Source: Trichosphaerium sp. ATCC 40318 | Taxonomy: Eukaryota; Protista; Tubulinea | NCBI GenBank assembly: GCA_038496445.1 | Contig: JALMLS010000271.1 | Location: 1 to 64,000, forward strand | Reading direction: 5' to 3' | Length of the DNA: 64,000 nucleotides | In this document: positions 23,416 through 36,158 of the stretch, piece after piece | How positions within the stretch are numbered: position 1 is the first letter of the stretch | How the letters are laid out: each line of letters starts with the position of its first letter | The notes under the pieces: model-generated | Databases searched by the model: none | Told to the model about the DNA's origin: nothing | The model's input: the letters and a program-made list of their open reading frames with translations, nothing else | Made by a program: the position numbers and the translations under genes

Positions 23416-26400
23416 ATGTCAGAAAACGCTGAAAACAGCAGTGGCACTCCTAGTGGCGAAAAGGAACAAAAAGATGAGCTACAGGAATTTATGGTAGCGG
23501 CAGAAGAGCAACGCGCTCAGGATGAGATATTCAAGCAAGCTGAGACATTATGGGACAATAACGAGCATAAAGCAGCTTTACGTGCTTATCAAAAGATAGC
23601 AAAGGTTCACGCAGGCGCACAATACAAAATAGGTGTACGTCCTACACAAAAATACGACTAACATCGCTAAAACTGTCTTTTTTTGACACATCTCAAAGAG
23701 AAAAGCTCTTACAATAGTGAATACGCAACATTCAATGTACTAACTGGTTTTGGAAAGGTAATGTACAGAAATGGTGTCAGTTTGCGTGGCGATCCTTTAC
23801 AAGCAGCCAGCTGGTTCTACCTAGCTGCTAAATCTAATTACGCACCAGTACGTTCTTAAACAAGCAACAGAACAATCAAAAAACGAAAGGCTTTTTTTTT
23901 GAAATACAAGCCATGTTTAACGTCCAATCATTGTTTCTTTTCTATTTCAATACGTATAGCGCAAAATGCGGCCCTCCGCTAGCTCTTTCTTTTTTCCGTT
24001 AATTTCCCGAATTTTATTGAAATCCTGACATAACTCTTCTTTTTAAGGCGCAAGCTGCTCTAGGTATGATGTACTATAAAGGAGATGGCGTATTACAGAA
24101 TAAAAAAGAAGGATTACGTTTATTGCAAGTTGCTAGAGAAAACGGCGCTACAGAAGCGCAATCAATGCTCGATGAATGCTCGGACTATGGTACGTCGTTT
24201 AAATCGGTTAATATAAGGATTTTAAGTTTTTTGCGTTTTCTTCATTTCTTAGACGCTAATTCCATGTTACATCATTAAAATCGCATATTCCGCTATCTTA
24301 ACGTTGTTTAAGATGAAGAAGCAGCTAAAGCTGTAAAAGAGAATAACGACACTTCTACGTTGTACCCAAAGCCTCTTGTGCGACCAGCGAAGCCTGCGCC
24401 TGTTAAAACACATCCAAAGAGACCACCAGCAACTCCAAAAAAGAGATATCCTGGTGCAGGTGTTAAAGTATCATCATCTATTGCAAAGAAAAAAGTACCT
24501 TATTTTTCAGGTAAGAAAAAAAACGGACTTAAAAGGAGTCATCCTGGAAAGAAGAAGCATCTCGGAAAAGGGGCAAAGAAAGTACCTATGCGTGCGTTAC
24601 CTAAGAGACAACCTAAGAGATCAGTTGTTGATGCTGTTATACCAAAAAGAGGATTAAAAGGACCTAGAGGAGGTAGAAAAGCTTTTTCTGTCCAGAAAGG
24701 ACCTTCAAGGCTTCCTCTTTATAAGTCACCTTTAAAAACTATGAAAGGTTCTACTGCGAAGGCATCTTCTTATTCTACTTCTTCTCCTAAGCAACGTGCA
24801 CCTGGATCTTTTAATAGTCCAAGATCAAAGAGAAAAGAAGTCATAAAAGCACCAGGTTCTTTAGGATCACTTGCTACTGGAAACTCTTCAACTACTAGAC
24901 ATGAGAAGGCTAACTCAAGGACAAGAGTTGGTTTGAAACGAAATGTTAGTAATATATCTAATGTTGGAGCAAATGGAAAACCTAGAGCTGTTGTAGCGTA
25001 TGCACGTGCGAAGCACTCTTTTAGTGGTAAGTCTTTTTTTTTTTTTTTGGTTCATTGAAAATCACTGGTGAGACTTGCTTTGTGACACTTTTGTGTTTAG
25101 GACAATCACCAACGGATTTGCCTTTTAAGAAAGGTGTTATACTTGAGATTATAGAAAAAAAGTTTGATGGTTGGTGGTTAGCTCGTCATAAGAATAAGCA
25201 AGGTTGGGTTCCTAGCAATTATGTTCGATTATTTAAACAAGGATTTGTTGATGTTGCTGCTGAGGAACCAAAAAGTACACCAATAGATCAATTAACTTAT
25301 AAAGATTGGAACACATCTGAGGTACGTACTTGGGTAGTAGTTGTTATTTGTTTGTCCAAGCAGTTGAAGCAGCTTGGTTTGTTTTGAATTCTTCGAAAGA
25401 AATTTTTGTTTTTGTTGTTGACTTTTTTTTTGTTTTAGGTTCAACGTTGGTTGATACAAGAAAGATTTGGTCCTGAAGTGCTAACAGCATTTCAAAAAGT
25501 TAATACAACTGGAAGAGATTTATTAATTTTAACAGATAGAGCGCTAGTTCTTGAGTATGGTTTAAAGTCTGTACCAACTAGAAATGCTATTTTACAGGTA
25601 TGTATAATACAAACCAAAAAAAATTGCTTTGTTTCGAACTTCTTGGTTTATGAGCACCTTTTTTGTGTCTCTAAAATCCACTGATATCTAGTACACTGTG
25701 TTGTCTTGTTTCTACTAGAAAGGCATCCAGGTACATCAACACAAACATGATTTTTGAAAGTTTTTTTTCGTTTTTTTGCTCTAAGTTTGTACTAATGCTG
25801 TTGCACTCTAGGCTCTTACTTCACTTCGTAAGGCGTCTAAAGGCACCAATGTAACAAACAAACATAAATTTGTGAAAGCAATACCGAAGATTTCTGTTAG
25901 TAAGCCTAAAGAGAGTCCTATACCACGTGCAACAGGTGGAGGTGTTTCAGCTTTTAATAAACAAACAACAGAAGATAATGGAGGAGAAAAACTTCAAGAA
26001 GCCATATCAGATATCTCAAGCCTTATGGCTGATTTTACGGAAGCTAAGAGTAAGACAAAGGATATGGAGAAGCTTGTTTCAAGCCTTGCTCGTCAGCTGA
26101 AGCAGACAAAGGCAGAAATAAGTCAGCTTACTTATTATAAACAATTATCTGAACGAATGGCTATTAAAGTTGACGATCAAGAGGAACAGATTGATCTGTT
26201 ATCTAGACGATTGGCTAGCCATCAGTTTAGTGGTGGTGGACAGGCAACTAGGGAAGAGGAAGAAGCTAATAAGAAGCGTATTGCTCTTCATGAGAAGTTA
26301 CTTGATACAGAACTAAAATTACAAAGAAATCAAGCTGAGAATAGGACTTTTAGACAGACTATTAAGAGGTTACGTAAGGAGAATGAAGAAAAAGCTTTGC

Positions 26401-26956
26401 TTGTTGTTGATCAGAATTTATTAATACAACAACAAAATGAACGATTAATGGAGCTTTCAGAGCTTGTACAGGCTGTACGTGTCTTTTTTACCATCCAAAC
26501 AATTTTTAAGAATATTATGAGAATTTTTTGGTTTTGTAATTTTCACGCTCTTCCTCTTGTATTTACAACTTTCTTGAAATATTTTACGATATATTTTGAT
26601 TAAAGAGTTTAATGTGAAATTTGTCACTTGACGTCTTCTTTTTTTTTGGGGGGCTTGGGAGATGTTTTTTTTTTGGATTTTGGCGTTTTTGTCCCTTTTG
26701 ATGTTTTGTTGTTTACTCTTGATTATAGCCTTCATTGATGATTCCTGATAATCAACACACTACTGCTACATCAGAAGCAGAACCTAGATTGGAGTATGAT
26801 GACCCAGAAGATGAGTCTTCTCGTGTTTCTTCAAGACCAAACTTACCTCCAAGAAATGCTCCTCCTTCTCCTGAAGATTTTAAAGATCTACAAAATAGAA
26901 AGTCTCCTGATATATTATCACCTAGAGGTATTATAAAAAATACTAGAGATATATAA
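23416..26956 (+). CDS. Sel1-repeat / basic linker / SH3 / SAM / coiled-coil protein (multi-exon)
   Basis: AQAALGMMYYKGDGVLQNKKEGLRLLQVARENG (Sel1). DLPFKKGVILEIIEKKFDGWWLARHKNKQGWVPSNYV (SH3). WNTSEV|QRWL...FQKVNTTGRDLLILTD...YGLKSVPTRNAILQ (SAM). Heptad-rich 25872-26480. Confidence 0.85.
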
Positions 26957-27348
26957 GGGGGTGTTATGTAATTGATGCCTTTGGAAATAAGCTAAAAAGA
27001 AAACTGTACAATAAAAAATAATGAGGAAAAAATAAAAACAAAGCAATGAGCAATTGAGCGATTAAGTTTTTGGTTTATATACTGGCAACATGTTTTGAAT
27101 ATGCCATTCAACGTTTATTGTAATGTACTGTGATCACATAGTTATACTGATTAGTTTTCGACTATCCTTTTGTAACCTTAGCGCTGCTTCTTGTTCAACA
27201 AAAACCAAGAAACAACTTTATCTACTTTCCATTGAAAACCAAACTTTTGTTTTGTTTGTTCAGTCAAGTCATAACATGAATGATAAATGTTGCGCACAGC
27301 TATCACAGGTTGGTATTAAAACTAACTTTATTAAAGATTTGGTGTCTT

Positions 27349-29026
27349 CTACACCATAATCAAAACAACAGCGACAATTGCGCTTACAGAGACTGCTATA
27401 ATATTTGCGCTGCTGGTTTGAATAGTAGCACTTGGTGTGCCTGTTGGGTTAGTTCCAGAAGGAGCTGTAGAACCAGACACGCCAGTTGGTGAAGTTACCA
27501 TAGGCGCTGTCGAACTGGAGCTAGTTGGAGCTGTGCCAGAAGGTGTTGTTAACGTTGGCATTCCAGTAGTTGGAGGTGTACCAGAAGGCGTTGTTGACGT
27601 TGGCATTGCTGTAGGCGGTGAAGTAGTGGTAGATACACTGACAACACCAAGGCTAGCGTCATTGTTATTCAAGCTTCTTACAACGACATCAATAGTGTTT
27701 TGTTCTTCATTTTGAAGTCCAATGTCAATATGTGCTGTGTTTTGTCTTTTTTTACATCCAACGGTTTCTCCAATAATCACGGGATTTGATGTCAGCTGAG
27801 AAACGAAATCGTATATTTGAGCTCTTTTTGTACAATCGTTAAGAAGTACTCTCACATTTTCAGAAACTCTACTACCGCCATTTCCATCGGAATCATCATC
27901 ATCACGATGAGCACTTACAGGTTCACAGTAACCAATGCAACTTTGGCAAGAATCAAGGCAGAATCCAGGAGTACACTGCTCGCCTTAAAAATGTAAATAT
28001 CAGACTGATAGGGCTTTGACTTACTGTTGCTGCATCCAGTAATTGTAGAATTTTGTTGAACAACACACGTGTTGTTAACTGCTCCGCGAGGTACAGTACA
28101 TGCTTGACAAGGACACATGCCGTGACATTGTCTTCTGATGTAACCAGGTTCGTCGTCATCAAGCCTGTTGAGACAGTTTGCTTTCTTTCTGAAACAGCTA
28201 AAGAAAGGGATTAGAAAAACAAGGTATTTGTTTTTAGCGTACTCATTCTTGTAACTTGTTCCGTCTGATCCGCACACGTATGCTTCATGTGTTTCGTTAC
28301 ACATTATTTGAGTACAGTTCATTCCCACATCGTTATCGTCATCATCGTCATCATCGTCGTCATCGTCATCACGTGCACAGTAGCCCATAGCAACAGTGGA
28401 GCAAGGCACATCCTCTCCTTCAAATTCCTATAAAGATCAGAAAAAACAATCTATTGTGTTCCTGTACTAACCTCACACTCGTATCCAGCACTACAGTTTG
28501 TAAGAGTAATATTGGAATCAATCTCTTGTCCTTCGCATGGCTCAATAAATGTACATACAGTAACATTTACATCACATGGGCAGGTGCCATTACAAGCAAC
28601 TGTTACGTTTTCGTTTTCATCATCTTCCAGGCAGTTTTCTCTTCTCAAAAAACACCTTAAACAATAGTCAAAATCTACACCAGAGCTGGATTTACGTACT
28701 CGTTTCTATACGTATCATCATCAGTACCACATACTGGACTTCTTTCATGACTACAAACACCACACATCTCTTCTTTTCTTCTTTGTTCCTCAAGCTCTTT
28801 TTTCAAATCATCCAAGTCATCGTCACATTGAACTACAACCTAATAGTGGTTACATATCATTCTATTGCATTGTTGTAAATCTAATATCAGGGATGCCATA
28901 GCTTGATTAGTAGTAAAAATCGTAGACCGTGTAAATAGAGCAAAGCAAAAACACTGACAAAATCCGTACTGCTAAAGAAAACATAATGGCTAGAGAAACT
29001 ACAATAATAAATCTCGATGATATCAT
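27349..29026 (-). CDS. Secreted, probably GPI-anchored Kazal-domain surface protein
   Basis: Signal-peptide exon MISSRFIIVVSLAIMFSLA. Two Kazal-like motifs (PVCGTDDDTYRNEC, YVCGSDGTSYKNEC). Poly-Asp tract, S/T/P stalk, hydrophobic C-terminus. Confidence 0.8.
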
Positions 29027-29740
29027 TTCAAGTTGTTTTGTTGTTATCGGGTGATGGTTTTTGATACTATGAAACCTTGTGGGGATAATGGGAGGGAGAA
29101 AATTGTAGTAAATTAAAACTCCGAGAGATCAATCACACTTTGTAGTTTTTCAGTTCGTAACACATGGTTCAAGGCTAATCACCTTGTTGTAAAAGTGGGA
29201 GTATGTTGTATACACACCTAATGTCTCCACTGTCATCGAGAAGTTTCGTGAATTTTTAGCACGTGCTGACACTATTATCGTGTATTTGTACATCTAGAGG
29301 CACTAGCTTTGTAGTGCTGTGATTTATCAAATGATGATTCACGTGACGCCCTGTGATAAACTACATATCGAGAAAAACGGGAAAGCAAAAAAAACTACAA
29401 CAATTCTGGTACATTCATTGCATACTCATAATTGAAGTAATATACTACGTGAAGTCCTCCAGGTGTGCTACCGGGAGGGACGAGTATGTGCCATGGGAAA
29501 CACTTTGTATACAAAGACTGTATTGCGCTTGTAATGACACAAACCTATTGATACAAATCAACAAACATGAAAAAACAACAATGTGTCATGTTCTCCGAGC
29601 AATATTCATTGCGTTTTGGATGGCCCACGCTACCCAGGTAGAAATCATACCCCTTATCAAGGACAAGACCGTTAGTTCTTTGAAATGAAATGACTTTCTT
29701 TGACATTCTGTAGCTGTATAAAACACATTATACATCAACA

Positions 29741-30773
29741 ATGTCCGTTACGATCAATGAAGAGAAACGTGATAGTGTACGAAGGATAATTTTGTATTTG
29801 AAGCTAATATTTTTCTAACGTTAGAAAACGGTTCAACAATGTCCAGAATCATTACTAAAACGCCTACCAGTCGAGATTCAATTAATACTCCTTGATTTAT
29901 CACCAGACGTTTACATCAAGTGGCCTTTGCTATCAAAAGAAGCTGCTTTAGATACACGATTCGACAGTACCTTTGACAAACATGGTGCTTGGTTTAGTTA
30001 TTACAAGCATAGACGTAAAATGATCAAACTTTCTCACACTCTTTGGAAGCATGGTAAACAACATGGTAAGACTTTAGAGTGGTACTCTAACGGGGTGGTG
30101 GCACGTGAGTTATATTTTAAGAACGGTGAGCTCCATGGTATCCAGCAGACATGGTACTCTAACGGTCAGATGAAGAGTGTCAGTTCATATGTTAATGATG
30201 AAAAAGATGGAAAGCTCACGTGTTATCATAAGAATGGTCGAATCTCAAGTGAAGGTATTTACGAGAACGGAAAGGAGTTTATGTACAAAGAGTATCTTGT
30301 TATCGGTCTGATGATCAAAGAGCATATTCTTAATGAGAAAGGAAACGGCGAGAGAAAAGAGTGGCACGAAAATGGTGTTTTGAAATCACAGAGTTTATTC
30401 AAAAACTGGAAGTGATGGACAACTTACACAATGGCATAACAATGGGCAAGTTTGTATAATTGTTTACTTTGTAGATGGCAAGAAGGAAGGTAAATGCGAG
30501 AGTTGGTATGAGGATGGTTCAAAGAAGCAAGTTTGTTTTTTCAAAAATGGTAAACAAGATGGTGTTATTAAGAAGTGGTATCCTAATGGAAAGTTGAGTG
30601 CTAAGTACACCTGCAAGGATGGTAATATTGAAGGTAAGTATATGGAGTACTATTCAGATGGTAAAAAGGCTCGTCGAGGATATTTCAAGAATGGTACACA
30701 AAAAGGAGATTGGAAAGAGTGGCCGGAACATTTCGATATTTACTATGGGATTGGAAACAATCAAGATGTTTAG
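29741..30773 (+). pseudogene. F-box-like + MORN-variant repeat gene with one short 5' intron and a frameshift at ~30407
   Basis: MSVTINEEKRDS|KTVQQCPESLLKRLPVEIQLILLDLSPDVYIKWPLLSK. The repeat array continues in another frame after FKN, to TAG 30771-30773. Confidence 0.75.
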
Positions 30774-31130
30774 GTTACTCATACATGATATCAAGCATAG
30801 ACTTAGTTTCTTTATCTACAACAAAATATTACATTAGGGTTACTACAATAAATGACACGTGCGCAATAAAAGGTTAAATGTTGATGACTTTTTCTGTTAA
30901 AACCTTATTTTCATTTTCGGGCAATGCTGTAACTTGATACGTGTTTACTTAGGTCACGTTTTCGTTGTCTAATTTGAATGACTTTTCGTTTGATCTTATT
31001 TTACGGATTATTACTACAAATCAAGCAAAACTCGTTCTATGCGCTTTTTAGATAGCGTTAGTATTCTTGTCCGAATTTGGGTTGTAGCTGTTCACATTTT
31101 AATTATTCTGTATTTCTTAGCAAAGTGATG

Positions 31131-32440
31131 ATGGCAACACATCAAGTTATCGTTCTCGTATTTCTATTTAACCTTTCTATCATGACAAAAAGCAGTTTGG
31201 CATCATGTGATATTTATGTCTCGCCAAATGGCAGTAGAAACAATGTACGTACCAAGCTTTGCCAAAAAAACCAAAATAATGTCTTTGATTTTATAACAGT
31301 GAGAGTCAACGTTGCTTTTTGTGACAACTCAAAGTTAACAGCAATGTGACAGAAGTCTAACTAGTATCAGGTGTATTGCTTGCACAAAAAACTCTTTGTT
31401 AATCCACAACAAGTTGAAGAGCAAAAAGAACGATCATAGGCTGGTATGCCTAATCAAGGTTTATATAGAGCTTTTCCCTAACGGCAGAACTCACCTCTAT
31501 ATCGGACCTTATAATTTTCTTGGCCCAGACCGAGTTCCTAAGTTAATTACGTGCTACTTACGAGGACATGCTGGCTAATGTAACGATTCAAGCTTTCACA
31601 CTACGTCGGATTAAGATGGAACTTTTAACAGCTCCACCTCGCAATGCATACACCCACTAAGCTAGACGGAGGACTCCCTTAAATTATTTTCGACCAAATG
31701 GCTAGGAAGCCCCACGCGTGGTGCACACACTGCAACTACTACAATTTATCAACTATTTTCGTTTCATTTTATACCCATAAAAACGTGTGAGAAATAAATT
31801 GTGGGATACAGAGCGTACTTCACTGAAAATTCTATTCCAATTACTCAAATATGGATAATGCACATTTCAAAACGCTCTTAAAGGCTTGTGATAGGTATTT
31901 ACACATGTGGGAACCGAAACAGCGAAGTTTTGGTTTGAAAAACGTGCTACTAAACGATAACTTCTGTTTTCTGGTTGTTATCGATACATTTCACTGAAAT
32001 AACTGTTGTAATTACTCAAATACGGATAATGCACATGTACAATAGCCGTAAACCCTTGTGATAGCTATTTACACGCGTATATAACCTTAACGACAATGTT
32101 TTGGTTCGCAAAACATGCAACTAAACAATAACTTCTTTTTGCTAGTTGTTAAAATGTACATGTTTATTTGTAATGATGGTAGCGTTTACAAGCTATTGCT
32201 AACAATATAATAAGAATAGAGTGATGGTATAGCCAGTGGAAGTATTGATCAGGCTTGATAAAACCGATGTTCTCATACTTCTTGTACAATATTCGTAACA
32301 GTACGGGTACTTCTCCTGAAAAGGATAACAGGTTGATAAAAGGTGGTTCTACAAAGATACCCAACAGAGAACACAGTCATTGTCGAAAGGGCCCTTGTAA
32401 GGTATGCTTGTTCTCGGAAGTCCACCAAATCTGTTCAACC
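31131..32440 (+). pseudogene. 5' fragment of a paralog of the 42214-44171 surface protein, with a ~900-bp insertion in intron 1
   Basis: Exon 1 MATHQVIVLVFLFNLSIMTKSSLASCDIYVSPNGSRNN is nearly identical to the 44171 gene. The exon 2 remnant (32215-32300) is disrupted. Confidence 0.65.
31819..32152. repeat. Two diverged ~170-bp tandem repeats (mirrored at ~45345-45680)
   Basis: TTCACTGAAA..AATTACTCAAATAYGGATAATGCACAT..CTTGTGATAG..TATTTACAC..CTAAAC.ATAACTTC occurs twice. Confidence 0.8.
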
Positions 32441-33019
32441 TGGCAAAACAAGCGTAATGTGAAAACATCACATTCCACAACACGCTTTGCTTGCCGTGCT
32501 TATGTACCGAAAGGCGAGAAAAAAAAGCTAAGGTAAGTCGTAGATATAGGTTAAAAGAACTGTTTACGTAGTCAAGGTACATCACAAAAATACAAAGTCA
32601 AAGCACATCTAACAAGACCATTGCAGTATTTTACTTATGGTGCGCTTTGTAAATACTACGCTCCAAAGGAGCCGAACTATGCTGTGAATGTCACCACCAG
32701 CGTGTGGCAAGCAGTACGTTAGCAAATAAAGCGTAATTCATACCCTTTTCGTCTCAAGAGGAGCATCAATGAAAAAACCTTGTTGATAAAGGTTAACTAG
32801 AAAATCACTCAAAGTATCTCTAGAGGCGATATTGTGCAGTTTGATCAATAGTAATACCGTCTCATAGTCCTCCAGTTCATTTACTTTCTCTTTGGACAAA
32901 CACCTTTCAACAGTATCAACACGCCCAAGTAGCACACATTCTTTGTCTTTGAGACAATCATTTAGAAACGCAAAACGAATCAAGCGGTGTTGGTAAAGTT
33001 AGCTTTATTGAATTTTGCA

Positions 33020-33918
33020 TTACTGGTTAGAAAATTGAATTTTCAGTGCCTCAACAGCCTCTTTAGTGACTGCACAACGCTTTGAGGTTATGTGTTTTAA
33101 AGATTTTAAGTACATCAAACAACCATTTGTAATCTTTGGACACATTTCCACAGTGAGCTGTTCAACATTTACCAATGTCTTAAAACACAAGTCTGTTATT
33201 GTAGTACAATAGTAAAGATGAAGGTGTTTGACATTGGTCAATGCTGCGATTCCATAATCTGTTATATGTCTTGCAAACCTAATAGAAACAGTGTGTACAT
33301 TGCTAAGATGTTTAAACCATGAGTCTCTTGGATGAGCAATGCTGATCTCATGTACATCCTTGAATGCTTTGATTCCTTTTACAGTTATCTTACTGCAGTG
33401 ATATAGGTTAATAGTGTGTACACCAACAAGACTTTGGAGTGCTTTATCCGTTACTGAGGTAAAAGAAAGGTTGATGGTATGAACACCTGCAAGTGCTTTC
33501 ACGCTTTCATCTGTAATTTGTCTACAATGACTCAAGTCAATTGTATGTACTCCTGCAAAGCGTTCCACACGAGGAAAGCCTAAATCTGTGCTATTGGCTA
33601 CCTTGATTTTGGTGTGTTTCATGATTCCTTTGTGCTTTACAACTTCTTTTGCTTGTTTATCTGTTGTTATACATATACTATGGTACCCAACAATGTCGTG
33701 AACAATAGAAGAAAGGATACGGCATGTTTGACAAGCTGCAAACCGATCTTCTGTTGTATGCGCAACAATAATCGCTAGAATCTCTGTAGGCATGTCCAGT
33801 AAAGTTGTTTCAGCACTACAACAACTATTTTAGATGATATCAAAAGACCCGTTTACCTTTGCTTTAGTGTACCAGACGCCAATTCAAATGTTTTTTTATT
33901 ACTATCTGTGGTATCCAT
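33020..33918 (-). CDS. F-box + LRR protein (short exon 1 plus one intron)
   Basis: MDTTDSNKKTFELASGTLKQ|SAETTLLDMPTEILAIIV. Same intron position as paralogs, fewer GVHTIxL repeats. Confidence 0.85.
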
Positions 33919-34696
33919 GGTGACACGTGGACTTATCGTGGAAAGCTATTGACTATTTGCGCGGGCTTATAATATCCGTCAGCTCGACAGGAACACTCCA
34001 GTATGTTTGCGGTTGGTCACAAGATTAGTCTTATATCCTTGCCACACTGCTGAAAGAAAGGTTGCTATATTCTAGTCCGTACAAGAATCTGATCTGTACG
34101 GCTTAGATTGTATGGAGTAGTGCTACTAGTCAACGCTTTGGTAAAGTCCTCAATAAAAAACCCCGATTATCACATTTACTTTTCTTATTTTCAGGTTTTT
34201 TTTCTCGTGTGACGAAGCTCTAGTTGTATAATTACGCCAAAACTAAACACCAGAAAACTATTCCCTTACCTCTCTTTGCACGTGACTTTGCCGAAAAAAA
34301 GAATACAGTCTTGCTACTTCGTTGCCTTTATTTCAAACGATGGCTCAGGTATAAGTTGTAGCAAAATTGTCAAGTCTGTAAGAACTAGCGAGATTTGTCA
34401 GATATGCCTAACCTAAACTCGAAAACCAAAGGACAAAAAGCAAAAAGTTGCAAAGTTTAGCAAACTTGAATGCTACGGACAATAACAACACTCTAAACAA
34501 CAATGCAAACAACTTGTGTTAGTTTCACGTGCTTATTACCTATTGGAGGTACCTGTTGAACAGTTGCATAATGTTACAGGCAGAGCTTCTTCACATGATT
34601 AGCATAGCCACAAGGTAAAAAACTTGCCGGAGTTTCTTTATTTTTCGTACATACAACAAGCGGTAGTGTCAAAAAAGTTTTGGTTTTGTTTATTCT

Positions 34697-35059
34697 CTAC
34701 CATCTACGGGTATTTTTTTTAAACCATCTATCGCTTTGTTCAAGCATATCTCTTGCTTTTTGGTTTAGTTCACGCAATTGGTCATTCTTTTTTTGAGTAT
34801 ACTCAGTTCTACACTCCAACATACATCCTTCTCCTTCTTCGCTACAGCCATCAATAACACGGTTTTGATACCATTCGGTAAGTCTTCTGTTTAGTCTAAA
34901 GAAACGAGGTATATCATTAGCGTCGTCCATGCACAAGTTTTCTTCCGTAATGCAAGCTCTAGAGCATGTATTGAATTCTCTTTCGGCTGTTAATGAAATT
35001 GAAAGCACTTGCGTAATACACAAGCATACAATAATAAGAAGTGCGGTAATAGAGCTCAT
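34697..35059 (-). CDS. Small secreted six-cysteine protein, 120 aa
   Basis: Hydrophobic signal peptide. CX3CX6C...CX6CX3C. Paralog at 35599. Confidence 0.75.
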   Translation of the reverse strand: MSSITALLIIVCLCITQVLSISLTAEREFNTCSRACITEENLCMDDANDIPRFFRLNRRLTEWYQNRVIDGCSEEGEGCMLECRTEYTQKKNDQLRELNQKARDMLEQSDRWFKKNTRRW

Positions 35060-35598
35060 GTTGCGTTACTCGGAAAACAGTTTTGTTGTTTCTAATTTAG
35101 TGGATATTTTTCCAGATTAAGAATGATACCTTACTTAATCTTTCTCGCAGCTACATGCTGTTAAAAACAACATAAAACACCTAGTAGCTCATATTTGTGT
35201 TGAGTTTAAACGTGTTACGAGCTTTTTAGTGCGAACTAACCTCAATGGGTGTAACATTCGTCAAAACATCGCAACACTTACGGAATACAATATGCAAGCG
35301 TCCTGAACATTGTTCAGCGAAGAAAAATTCAGTTCAGGAGAATAGCGCAAATTATAGTTGCGGTAGTGTTAACGCACTTGCTGACCTTACTAATAGTCAT
35401 GTGGATCCTGTAGTTGTTTGAAAAGCGCGTCAGGAACAGAAATCAAAAATGCAAAAAAAAAAGCCAACAGAATTCTAAACTGCTTGCACCCTACTTGCTA
35501 CCATAGTATTCTACACGCGTAGGAAATAGTTTATTAAGCCTTATTTAATAGTTTATTGATGCAAATTTAAATTACGTCTACTTTTCTTGCAACTCTCG

Positions 35599-35940
35599 TT
35601 AATTCCTATTCTGTTCTCTTAGGGCCTCTTTTACATTGCTAAATATTTTTTTAACTGCTCTGTCTACAACTTCTTTTTGCAATTCAAATGTTTCCTCACA
35701 CTCTAGGATACATTCATCATAGTCTTCGTTGCATATTCTGTTACTACGACGTCTATACCATCTATCCGCGCGAACCCAACGATATTGAATGGGAATATAG
35801 TTGGACCTTCGTATACACGTTAGCTTGTCAACGCGACAGTCTATAGCACAGTCATCATAGAGTTTCTTCAAATTTGAATACTTTTGGGCGTAAATACCGC
35901 AAAACAGAACTACGATAAGTGTTATTTCTAATACACGCAT
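35599..35940 (-). CDS. Small secreted six-cysteine protein, 113 aa
   Basis: Signal peptide, same Cys spacing and IP...WY motif. Upstream sequence GTGGATATTTT..C..ATTAAGAA is shared with the 34697 gene. Confidence 0.75.
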   Translation of the reverse strand: MRVLEITLIVVLFCGIYAQKYSNLKKLYDDCAIDCRVDKLTCIRRSNYIPIQYRWVRADRWYRRRSNRICNEDYDECILECEETFELQKEVVDRAVKKIFSNVKEALREQNRN

Positions 35941-36158
35941 TTTATTCGTGCTTATTCGTTGTTGTTCGCTATTTTGTGGATATTTTTTCCTAATTAAGAA
36001 ATTGCTATCCTTAACAGGCGTAGGAACTTTCTACTTCATACACTTGATAAAACTATTACTCTACCTTGTACTTGGTGGTGTTTATGGGTTTGGAAAACTT
36101 AAGTGATACGCACGTGGAGTAAATTCGTTTTTTCATTTTTCGAACATTTTTGTTTTTT

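Noticed and set aside
14403-30773. Stop-codon reassignment or programmed frameshifting to explain broken MORN genes
   Set aside because: Conserved genes end in TAA, TAG and TGA and have no in-frame stops. The breaks are indels without a shared slippery heptamer.
32738-32983. 81-aa ORF downstream of an LRR gene
   Set aside because: No ATG start, no recognisable domain, and it lies at a rearrangement junction. Not supportable as a gene.
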